Shown: in pieces, positions 1 through 9,300 of the stretch | How positions within the stretch are numbered: the stretch's first letter is position 1 | Layout of the letters: each line of letters begins with the position of its first letter | DNA from: a bacterium | GTDB lineage: Bacteria; UBA8248 | Length of the DNA stretch: 64,000 nt | Direction: 5' to 3' | Assembly: GCA_965207065.1 (NCBI GenBank) | Contig: OZ242260.1 | Span: forward strand, 4,352,001-4,416,000 | Program-made: the position numbers and the translations under genes | Notes under the pieces: generated by a model | The model's input: the letters and a program-made list of their open reading frames with translations, nothing else | What the model was told of the DNA's origin: nothing | The model's database searches: none

Positions 1-662
1 TTGCCCCAGAGCGAAGTCAGCCGTCCGGGATCGGCCTTCCAGATGTCCTCGAGCGTCGCTATCCCGCCGCGTTTCAAACGCGCGCGCATGCGCTCCCCGA
101 CCCCGGGCAGCGCATCCAGCCCGAGGTGGAGCAGAGGGCCCGGCAGGTCGCCGGGGAGCAGCACCTTGAGGCCGTCGGGCTTGTCCAGGCCGGCGGCGAT
201 CTTGGCGAGCCACCTGTTGGGCGCGCAGCCGATGGAGCAGGTGATGCGCTCCCCGACGGCTGCCCGTATGCTGTGCTTGATTCTTCCGGCGATCTCCTCG
301 GGGCGGTCCCGCTCCCCCAGAACGGCGGCGAGTTCATCTATCGAGCAGACGACGTCGACCGGCAGCACGGAGAGCACCGCGGCGATGATCCGGTGGTGGA
401 TACGGACGTAGAGGTCCGGACGCTGCGGCGAGAGCGTTATCCGGGGGCACAACCGGCCGGCCTCGGCGATCGGCGTCCCGGTCTTGACGCCGAACTTCTT
501 GGCCGCGGCGTTGGCGGCGATGACGCAGCTGTTGCGGGCCCCCGCAAAGGGTATGACGCCGACGGGGCGGCCGTGCAGGCCGGGGTCCGCCTGCTCCTCG
601 CAGGACGCGAAAAAGCCGTCGAAATCAATATAGAGCCGCTTCGGTTTGGTCGGGTGTCGCAT
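1..662 (-). CDS. Y-family DNA polymerase (DinB/Pol IV-like), N-terminal part, runs off window
   Basis: Manual translation from ATG at 662: MRHPTKPKRLYIDFDGFFASCEEQADPGLHGRPVGV...VIAANAAAKKFGVKTG...SIDE, matching Y-family motifs. Not in the ORF track because it has no stop within the window. Confidence 0.9.
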   Translation of the reverse strand, partial: MRHPTKPKRLYIDFDGFFASCEEQADPGLHGRPVGVIPFAGARNSCVIAANAAAKKFGVKTGTPIAEAGRLCPRITLSPQRPDLYVRIHHRIIAAVLSVLPVDVVCSIDELAAVLGERDRPEEIAGRIKHSIRAAVGERITCSIGCAPNRWLAKIAAGLDKPDGLKVLLPGDLPGPLLHLGLDALPGVGERMRARLKRGGIATLEDIWKADPGRLTSLWG

Positions 663-837
663 GGCCCACTCATACGAATAAAATACGAAAATACCACACC
701 ATGAACGGCCCATGCAAGATGAAAATCGGCCGGGCGCACGAGACGATTGCCACCGGCTCGCCCCCGAGCCGCCTTGCGGCGTTATCGCCGCCGGCCCGTC
801 AGTTGATGGGCGACGCCTGACGCATTAGGCTTGAGCA

Positions 838-930
838 ATGACCGCGTCTTTCAAACATCGGGGCCTGAAAGCACTCCAGGATGGCCGGACGCCTTGCGGC
901 GCTCGCAGTCGACCGATCCGAATCCAAGCG
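838..930 (+). pseudogene. Remnant of a HigB/plasmid-maintenance-killer toxin gene
   Basis: MTASFKHRGLKAL resembles the HigB N-terminus (MIxSFKHKGLK.L); similarity is lost afterwards and no antitoxin follows. Confidence 0.45.
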
Positions 931-1009
931 TCAACACCCGAAAACCCGCGGTCTGACAGGGAGATAACCAATACAGGCAGGCGACCGCGAAAGCAGGAGG
1001 AGAGAGCGG

Positions 1010-1477
1010 ATGAAACCCGAAATCGCGCACGAATTGCAAACCACCGACTGGCTCAACACCGACAACCCGGTCACGCTTGAAACGTTGCGCGGCAAGATTG
1101 TGCTGGTTGAAGCCTTCCAGATGCTTTGCCCGGGATGCGTCTCCCACGCCTTGCCGCAGGCGATGCGCGTGCGGCAGACATTCAGCGCAGACGATGTCGC
1201 CGTGATCGGTTTGCATACGGTGTTCGAGCACCATGCCGCGCAGGGAACCCGCGAGGCGCTGGCCGCGTTCCTCCATGAATACAGGATCGCGTTCCCGGTG
1301 GGCATCGATGCGCCATCGGACGGCGCGGGTCCGCCGAAAACGATGGCCCGCTACGCCATGCAAGGCACGCCGACCATGCTCCTCATCGATCGGGAGGGGC
1401 GCCTGCGCAAGCAGAAGTTCGGTGGCGTGGAAGACCTCACTCTCGGCGCCGAGATCATGTCGCTCCTGCGCGAATGA
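1010..1477 (+). CDS. Redoxin/TlpA-like thioredoxin-fold protein
   Basis: LRGKIVLVEAFQMLCPGC (CxxC) and QGTPT motifs; GGAG SD. Confidence 0.85.
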   Translation: MKPEIAHELQTTDWLNTDNPVTLETLRGKIVLVEAFQMLCPGCVSHALPQAMRVRQTFSADDVAVIGLHTVFEHHAAQGTREALAAFLHEYRIAFPVGIDAPSDGAGPPKTMARYAMQGTPTMLLIDREGRLRKQKFGGVEDLTLGAEIMSLLRE

Positions 1478-1514
1478 GCGGCGCGACGCCGACGGGAAAA
1501 CCGCGCCAGGAGGG

Positions 1515-1982
1515 CTAGGGACGAATCTGCAGGGTGAGGATGGTTTCCACCGGCGCGTCGTAGGTGAGTTCGTTGATGTTCAAGGCCGCGCGCGCGTGCT
1601 TTCCCCGCTCCTCGCCGAGTACCTCGACGAGGAGGTCGCTCTCCCCGTTCACCACCCAGGGCGCTTCTGTAAAACCGGGCGCGCTGTTCACGTAGCCTTC
1701 GAGGCGCACGGCCCGGACGATGCGATCGAGATCGCCGCCCAGGCAATGTTTCGCCATGGCGAAGTGGTTCAAGCCGCACAGGCGCGCCGACTGGTAGCCC
1801 TGCTCGACGGTGACTCCGTCGCCGAGCTTCCCCCGGATGGGTATCTCTCCGTTGTACTGGCCGATGGTGCCCGCGAGGAAAAGCACCTCGCCCACCGCGA
1901 CGCCGGGTATGTAGTTCGCCACGGCGGGCGGGACTTCGGGAAGTTCGATGCCGAGTTCTTCCAGCCTCTTTTCAATGCTCAT
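1515..1982 (-). CDS. RidA/YjgF family protein
   Basis: MSIEKRLEELGIELP...ANYIP...NGESDLLVEVLGEERGKHARAA; start moved to ATG 1982. Confidence 0.85.
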   Translation of the reverse strand: MSIEKRLEELGIELPEVPPAVANYIPGVAVGEVLFLAGTIGQYNGEIPIRGKLGDGVTVEQGYQSARLCGLNHFAMAKHCLGGDLDRIVRAVRLEGYVNSAPGFTEAPWVVNGESDLLVEVLGEERGKHARAALNINELTYDAPVETILTLQIRP

Positions 1983-2272
1983 ATGCGCGCTCCATGCCTG
2001 ATGAGGATACGATTCGGGGAGGCGACCCCGACGCCGGGGCGAATCTCCCGAACCCGCGCCGGGACGCCGAGACAATGGTAGCACAACTTCTCCTGCCTTC
2101 TCTCATATTCTTCGATGAAACCGAGCGCCCGGCGCAAGGGACGGGAATCGAGCACCGTAAAGCAGAGTGGGGACCGGCGGTTCCCGGACAGCCCCTACAT
2201 CAGCCGTGGTTTCGGCATTTCAGCAAGGCAGGGACTGCCCCTCCTCGGGGCCGTCCCACAGGTCGCGACTTC

Positions 2273-2298
2273 GGACAGGCACGGGGACCTGTCCCTAC
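2273..2298. repeat. GTAG-type REP-like palindrome
   Basis: GGACAGGCACGGGGACCTGTCCCTAC; same family as copies at 6037, 11114 and 60318. Confidence 0.7.
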
Positions 2299-2435
2299 TT
2301 TCTTGTAACCTGTGTTCATTCGAGAAGAATATACGAATCTGTTGGAACTTACCCCACGCAGGCTGGAGGTGGAGGCGTGGTTCTGAGAGAATGCGCGCGG
2401 AGACGAATTTAACCTGACATTCATGGAGATGACGC

Positions 2436-3122
2436 ATGGCAATCCTCAAGGCACGGCCCCAGGAGGTGGAAATCGACTTGGGGCGAACCGCTTTCATCGT
2501 GGTGGACATGCAGAACGCTTATGCCAAGAAGGGCGGAATGCTCGACCTGGGCGCAGGCATCGACGAATCGCGCACGAACCCCGTCATCGCGGCCAACCAG
2601 CGCCTGCTCACCGCGGCACGCGCGGCCGGCGTGCAAGTATTCTATCTCCAGTTCGGGTACCAGCCTGACTTGAGCGACGCGGGCGGGCCGCAATCGCCCA
2701 ACATCCGCAAGCAGATGGCCATCCGGATGATCAAGGAACGCCCGGCGGACCGCGAGAAGCTCATCATCGAGGGAACGTGGGGGTGGGAGATCATCGACGA
2801 GCTCAAGCCCGAGCCGGACGACCTGGTAGTCAAGAAAGCCCGCTACAGCGGCTTCGCCGGCACGACGCTGGAAAACCAGCTCAACGGCCTCGACATCCGG
2901 CACATTCTCTTCACCGGCGTGGCCACGAACGTCTGCGTGGAGAGCACGGCGCGCGAGGCCTTTTTCCGCGAGTTCTGGCCCATCCTCATCGAGGATGCGA
3001 TGGACCACACCGGGCCGGACTTCACGCGAGAGGCAACGCTCTTCAACTTCGAATCAAAATTCGGCTGGGTGACGAAAACCGAAGACGTGCTGGACATGCT
3101 GGAGCGCAACCAGGCCACCTAG
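2436..3122 (+). CDS. Isochorismatase/cysteine hydrolase family protein (RutB-like)
   Basis: TAFIVVDMQNAY, KARYSGFAGT and GVATNVCVEST motifs. Confidence 0.85.
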   Translation: MAILKARPQEVEIDLGRTAFIVVDMQNAYAKKGGMLDLGAGIDESRTNPVIAANQRLLTAARAAGVQVFYLQFGYQPDLSDAGGPQSPNIRKQMAIRMIKERPADREKLIIEGTWGWEIIDELKPEPDDLVVKKARYSGFAGTTLENQLNGLDIRHILFTGVATNVCVESTAREAFFREFWPILIEDAMDHTGPDFTREATLFNFESKFGWVTKTEDVLDMLERNQAT

Positions 3123-3478
3123 AATATTTCCCGCAAGACAAATCGGCAAGCCCGTCGAGATGGAAGGCGCCTGGTTCTCGTTTCCATGGCAAGCGCCCGC
3201 CTTCATGAAATACCCGGGATGAACATCACTTAGTCCATATGGATAAAGAGTGCTCTGGTCCGAATTTCAGGTGCTACGCCACTACGCATGCCATCGAGCC
3301 GATGAACGGATTTCCCTGATCCAGGCAGAGAATTACAATCAATCAGGCTCGTTGGAATCCCTCTTCCCGTCTCTTTATCAGGAGCGCATTTTTCCCCGCA
3401 TATCGGAGGCGGGACACCTATGCTACGATGGATATAGCAGGGAGGAATTCTCCTCCCTCAAAGGGAAAAGGATCCCCT

Positions 3479-3868
3479 ATGAAAACGCCTTCGTTTTTGG
3501 CACCCCTGGTTGAAGGAAACTCTTTGAAAAGACTGTTTCAAGGTTTTGCGGCAGGCGCAATTTGCACGGTGATCATCGGCTTTGGTTGGGGCGGATGGGT
3601 ACTCGGCAGCGCTGCTGAGAAAATGGTGGATACAGCAACCGAAACAGCCATGGTCGCGGCTTTGGCGCCCATCTGCGCCGATAAGTTTGAGCGGGCGGTT
3701 AATACCGATAACGGTTTGGTTCCTAAACTCGCAGCGGTCGATTCATGGGAACGGGGCAATCATTTGCTGAAAGCCGGCTGGGCAACTTCACCGGGCGGAG
3801 CAAAGCCGGACAACAATGTGGCGGAAGCGTGCGCCAACTTGCTCAACAAGACATTTAAACTGAAGTAG
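3479..3868 (+). CDS. Hypothetical membrane-anchored protein
   Basis: Hydrophobic segment GAICTVIIGFGWGGWV, two Cys; ATG at 3479. Confidence 0.7.
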   Translation: MKTPSFLAPLVEGNSLKRLFQGFAAGAICTVIIGFGWGGWVLGSAAEKMVDTATETAMVAALAPICADKFERAVNTDNGLVPKLAAVDSWERGNHLLKAGWATSPGGAKPDNNVAEACANLLNKTFKLK

Positions 3869-3941
3869 GTCGACAAAACCGGCATCTAGCGGAAACCGCC
3901 CCCCGTACGCCCCGGCCCTCGTGGGCCGGGGCGGCGCGTCT

Positions 3942-4553
3942 TCAGTTTTGCTTGGGGATGCCCTTGAAGGCGTGCTCGCCCCAGAGGTTCTTGAGCCTCT
4001 TGTCGCGGCCGCACCTGAAGCGATAGTAGCGGTAGCGGACCGAGTTATTCTGATAATAGTTCTGGTGATAATACTCGGCGGGGTAGAACGTGGCGGCGGC
4101 GAGTATCGGGGTGACGATCGGTTTGTCGAGCAACTTTTGCGCCGCTTTCTTCGAGGCCTCGGCCGCCTTGCGCTGCTTCTCGTTCAGGGCGAAGACGGCT
4201 GTTTTGTAGGAATCGCCCCGGTCGCAGAACTGGCCGCCGTCATCGGTCGGGTCGACCGAATGCCAGAAGGCGGTGAGCAGCGCATCGTAGCTTACCTTCG
4301 CCGGATCGTAGGTGATCTCGACCGCCTCGTAGTGACCCGTGTCGCCATAGGTGACTTGTTTGTAGGTCGGGTTTTTGGTCTTGCCGCCGGTATAGCCCGA
4401 AGTCGTCGAGACCACGCCCGGCACCTTGTCGAAATCAGACTCCACGCACCAGAAGCAGCCGCCGGCGAAAATCGCCTTCTCGAGCTTCTGTGCGCTTGCG
4501 GTGTGAGCGCAGAGTAAAAACACGGCGGCTACCAATAGCATGGTCCGTTTCAT
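3942..4553 (-). CDS. msrA: Peptide-methionine (S)-S-oxide reductase with signal peptide
   Basis: FAGGCFWCVE motif and AEYYHQNYY. Confidence 0.95.
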   Translation of the reverse strand: MKRTMLLVAAVFLLCAHTASAQKLEKAIFAGGCFWCVESDFDKVPGVVSTTSGYTGGKTKNPTYKQVTYGDTGHYEAVEITYDPAKVSYDALLTAFWHSVDPTDDGGQFCDRGDSYKTAVFALNEKQRKAAEASKKAAQKLLDKPIVTPILAAATFYPAEYYHQNYYQNNSVRYRYYRFRCGRDKRLKNLWGEHAFKGIPKQN

Positions 4554-4780
4554 GATGTGTCTCCAAATTGTTGTGGTTCGACCCAGAAATAACTACTCAT
4601 CCGTATCGTCTGTCCCAAACGCAAACCGGCGTCGACTACGCTGCTTTCGTCAGCCGGCGAGTGGGGTCGCCCATGTGAAGTTCATCGATGGCGGCTATGA
4701 AAGTGTGAAAGGCAGGTAATCCACTGGATTCAGGACACCTATGCAACAGAAGTAATAGTAGCCTTACGCCACGCTTCAGA

Positions 4781-5056
4781 TCAACGTCGCGCATAGCCCT
4801 GCCCGCTCAAAGTCGTCTCGAAGGCGAAGCTCTCTCCCTTGCGGACGTGTTCCCTGATTTGGTTCAACACCAGCCTGCCCGCCTGAAAACCGACCAGATG
4901 AGGCCCGGAAGGATTCAGTTTCGCCGCGATGATGTCCGCATTGATGAAAAGCGGGCAGTTCGCCTCATTCGGCAGAAATTCCGTGGCGAACGTCGTCTTT
5001 CCCGCGCCGTTCGGCCCGGCGATGATGTATATCCGCTTCTCGTCCGTATCCGCCAA
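4781..5056 (-). pseudogene. Truncated zeta-toxin-like/AAA P-loop ATPase
   Basis: IIAGPNGAGKTT, FINADIIA and SFAFETTLSG motifs; stop at 91 aa, roughly half the usual family length. Confidence 0.7.
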
Positions 5057-5275
5057 TGTCAGTCCGCTTCCTTGTAAATACCTTCATACGCAGCGGCGAT
5101 TTTCTCGTCATCCTCATTGTCTCCGCGCCCCGCTCGACATGCAAGGCCGGCCAAAAGCGCATCGGTCATCCCCTGTGGTATATATAACCGCCGAGGGGTT
5201 CATGCGCGGAAATTGTGAGCCTGTGAAAACACGCAAAATTTAGTGATTTCCCTGTAAAGACCGAACGAGGCTGCG

Positions 5276-5761
5276 ATGAAAAAAACGGTTTTGTTGCTGA
5301 GTGTGTTCACGCTCGCCATCGTCATGAGTACACCCGCCTCAGGAGCCGAGCCACGAAAACGCCTCAAAGCGCGCGTCACCAAGGTGTACGACGGGGCGAG
5401 CTTTCAACTCGGCGGCGGCCTGCGCTCCGCCCTGATCGGCGTGGCCGCCCCCGCGCCCGGCGCGCCCGGCTCCGAGCAGGCCCATGCGCTCCTGAAGCGC
5501 CTCATCGAGAACAGGACCGTAACCCTCGAAATCGACGAAAAACCCGTGGACGGCTCCGGGCAGACGCTTTATTACGTTTTCCTGGAAGAAGGCGGCCTCG
5601 TGAACGCCCTCATGGTGCTGCGGGGGCTGGGCCGCGCCCTCGTGAAACACCCCAACGTGCGCTACCGCAAGGAGCTGATAGAGGCCGAAAACCTCGCCAA
5701 GCGATACCGCCGCGGCGTGTGGGGCAGCGAATTCGACCCGCGGGATCCGATAGACCGCTAA
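5276..5761 (+). CDS. Thermonuclease (SNase) family exported protein
   Basis: Signal peptide; VTKVYDG...LIGVAAP...LVNALMVLRGLG...AKRYRRGVW. Confidence 0.8.
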   Translation: MKKTVLLLSVFTLAIVMSTPASGAEPRKRLKARVTKVYDGASFQLGGGLRSALIGVAAPAPGAPGSEQAHALLKRLIENRTVTLEIDEKPVDGSGQTLYYVFLEEGGLVNALMVLRGLGRALVKHPNVRYRKELIEAENLAKRYRRGVWGSEFDPRDPIDR

Positions 5762-6036
5762 ATTTCATACGGGCAGGTTTTCATACGGGCAGTCTCGGTG
5801 ACGCACCCGAATCCTGTGCAGCCGTTTTGAGAAGGAGTTGTTGACAAACCCCCTCGCGAGAAAAACGCCTGCGGCGCATTCACCTCCCTGACGCGCAATT
5901 CCTCCCTCGTCCCGGAAAGGCCCGAAAACCCGCGCTGAAGAATTCCTCCTTCCTCAGTCGGATTTCACCACTACCGTCATTCCGCCGAAAGCCGGAATGA
6001 CAATGCCTTTGCTCGGTCGATAAACAAGAATATAGC

Positions 6037-6063
6037 GGACAGGTCCCTGTGCCTGTCCTCTAC
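6037..6063. repeat. GTAG-type REP-like palindrome
   Basis: GGACAGGTCCCTGTGCCTGTCCTCTAC; core is a near reverse complement of the 2273 copy. Confidence 0.65.
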
Positions 6064-6168
6064 GGACCCCTCTTCCCGGTTGGCCCCATTCGCCGATTCA
6101 TGAATTTCGGACTTTTCAACAATCCCCTCCTCACGCTTCCCTTCCTCAAAGGCGCGCCGTGGCGAGGT

Positions 6169-6206
6169 TCTTTACGGAATCTTTACGATCTTTACACAAT
6201 CTTTAC
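6169..6206. promoter_or_regulatory. Four phased TCTTTAC direct repeats (candidate response-regulator boxes)
   Basis: TCTTTAC at 6169, 6180, 6189 and 6200 (spacings 11/9/11), upstream of the autotransporter. Confidence 0.45.
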
Positions 6207-6362
6207 ATTCACTCGCAGCTTCCGCTGATACCATTTTCTTGCCCATTCGGGCCTCGCCGGACGTTCCTGGACGCGAAGGCGAGCCTGCCGCCGGTCTCGA
6301 AATTCCAAACCTGCCGCCTCCTTCCACATCCGCCGCCGCAACAACAGGAAGGGGAACAGACC

Positions 6363-9300
6363 ATGAAAACAGAATGTGGCGACACATCCGACGACGAACC
6401 TGGCGACCAAACCCGGAACAACACCACTTACCAAACACCACACCATCTGCGCATCACCCGGCGCGGCGGCCGTCTCAAGACGGCGCTGCTCGCGTTGCTC
6501 ACCATTTTCTTCTTCATGTCACCCGCCACGCCCGCCACGGCGGAGAAACAAGTCTGGTCCGGGACTCTGACCGCCAAGGAACTCCCCGGCGGCATCCTGG
6601 GCTGCAGCAACGACGTGCTGGCGGGCAGCAGGTGCTCCGAAAGCGCCGTTCTCACGGAGGACGAATTCACCGAAGGCGACGCCACCTACGCCGTTCATGC
6701 GGTCTTCGTCCGCAGCAACGGAAGACTCGAATTTTCCGTCCGGCCCATTCTTCCGGACAACCTGCGCTCGCTCGTCCTGTACGTCGGCGAGAAGACTTAC
6801 GACTTCGACAGCGCGGACATCGCCAACCATGGGTCGGGAACAAGCAGGTGGGCCTGGGACGGCTCCGCCCTCTCCTGGTCCGCGGGCGAAACCATTTCGC
6901 TCCGGCTGACGGACCCCACCTCTGCGTCGAGCGACGCGACCCTGAACACGCTGGGGATTAGCACAGGTTCTCTTAACGAGACGTTCGAGTCGACGACCAC
7001 GAGCTACACCGCCTCGGTGGAGAGCGGCGTCTCGCGAATCACGGTGACGCCGGCGGCGACCGACTCAAGCGCCACCATCTCCTGGCTCGATTCGAACGGC
7101 AGTCCGCTCGCCGACGCGGACGGGAGCACCGAGGGGTTTCAGGTCGATCTCTCGACTGGCGAAAAAGTCGTCAAGATCAAGGTGACCGCCGAGGATACCA
7201 CCACGACGCAGACCTATACGCTCACGATCGTGCGCCAGTCGGAACAAGGCGCAACGCCGACGGTCTCTATCGAGGCGGTGCACGCCAAGGCGGCGCCCAG
7301 GATCGCGCACCCCGAGTTCCGCGTGACGCGCTCTGCGTCTTCCGCCTCCCCCCTCACGGTCAACCTCTCGATAACCCAGGCGGCGAGTTATCTCTCGAAC
7401 ACTTCGCCGAGCGTCACCATTCCGGCGAACGAGACCTCGGCGACGGTGAAGCTCAGAAGCACTTACAGCGGCTCGACGAGCGGGGACATCACGGCGAGTA
7501 TCGCCGCGGGGACGGGCTACGAGGCGGCCGCCGCTCCCGACGACTCGGCGAACGTGGCGATGGTGGCGGCGGACCCGCTCCTCATCGTCAGCTGGGCGCA
7601 GAACGACTACAAGGTGAGAGAGGGCGAGAGCCTGGACGTCGCTATAAAGGCCACGACCGGCGCGAACGTGCCGCAGCCGAGGGAAACCCTAATTTATTCG
7701 GTGAGCGCCCGGGCGGATACAGCGGGAAGCCCCGACGACTATGCGGCGATTTCAGAAATACTGCGCGTCGAACCGGGCGACTATTCGGCGGACGGTAACA
7801 CCTTCTCGGCGACGAAGACGGTGACCGTGCAGACTGTTGCCGACGCCGAAGACGAGGGTGACGAGCAGTTTGGCGTTGTACTCGAAATATTGCCCGGTTC
7901 CCTGATTTCCCCGACCTGCCCCTGCCGCGCATCCGTCATCATCACAGAAGAAGATATCTCCGACGCGACCCTGAGCGCGCTTGCGATAAGCCCCGGTTCG
8001 CTCAACGAGGCGTTCGCGCCCGAGACAACGAGCTACACCGCCTCGGTGGAGAGCGGCGTCGCGCGGGTTACGGTGACGCCGACGACGAGCGACCCGGACG
8101 CGAGCATGGCGTTTTTCGCGTCGGACAATACGGCGCTTACCGACGCGGATACGAGCAGCCCGAACACCTTCGAGGTCGACCTTGCCACGGGCGAGAACGT
8201 CGTCAAGATCAAGGTGACCGCCGAGGATACCACCACGACGCAAACCTATACCCTGCGGGTGACCCGCATCGACGGTGGAATGCTGCGACTGGTGGACGGA
8301 AATACGCCCCATGAGGGCCGCCTCGAGTTATTCCACGGTGGCCAGTGGGGAACGATCTGCGACGACTATTGGACAGATAGCGACGCAGATGTTGCGTGCC
8401 GGCAACTCGGCTTCCCGGAGGGCTCGGTAGGCAACGGCGGTCGTTTCCTCCGGGCGCATTTCGGCGAGGGCGCCGGGCCGATCCATCTGGACGACTTGCT
8501 GTGCCGGGGCAACGAGACAAGCCTGATCGACTGTCCACGCGCGAACAACAATGCGGTGGGCGTCCACAACTGCCGCCACAGCGAGGACGTCGGGGTGCGG
8601 TGCTCGGTCGGCGGGCCGAGAATCTCAGGCGCGCCTTCCTTGAGCGCGCCTGATGCGAACGGGCGCTGGGGGTCGGGCGAGACGCTCGAAGTCACGGTGA
8701 CCTTCAGCATGGCAGTGGAGGTCGACACGACTCGCGGCGTACCGGGCGTCGGGGTACGGCTCGGAGATTCTACAGAGCGCCTCGCCACCTACGACCGGGG
8801 CGGCGGTACGATGGAGCTCGTGTTCGCCTATGCGCTTCGCCCGGATGACGGCGCGCATACGTCCGTGCACGTGAGCGGCGACAGCCTCGATCTCCGTGGC
8901 GGACAGATCCGAAGCGTGGCGTCCGGACGCGACGCGCTGCTCGACCACACAGGCGCGAGCCGCGCAGGAGTGGCGGGCGCTTCGCCCGCCCTCACCGCGG
9001 AGCTCAGGAACCTGCCGGATTCGCACAAGGGACGGGGGAACACGTTCAAATTCGAACTCCACTTCAGCGCCGAGATCCAGATGAACGCCGAGGCGGTGCG
9101 TGAACACCTGCAGCTGAGGAGAGCCCGTGTTTCCGAGGCGCAGAAGCTCTCGCCGCCGAGCAACACGGGCTGGGAAATAACGGTGTCACCCGATTCGTTC
9201 GACGACGTCGTCATCACGCTTCCCGCGACCGCCGACTGCACATCCCCGAACGCGGTTTGCACCCCTGACGGACAGAAACTCGAATCCGGCGTTTCGGCGT

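Noticed and set aside
5763-5792. Tandem 14-bp repeat TTTCATACGGGCAG x2 as CRISPR or att site
   Set aside because: Only two adjacent copies and no spacers; likely a slippage duplication
6159-6362. Extended N-terminus of the autotransporter from GTG 6159
   Set aside because: Overlaps regulatory-looking repeats; ATG 6363 has a purine-rich SD and lies closer to the signal-like segment
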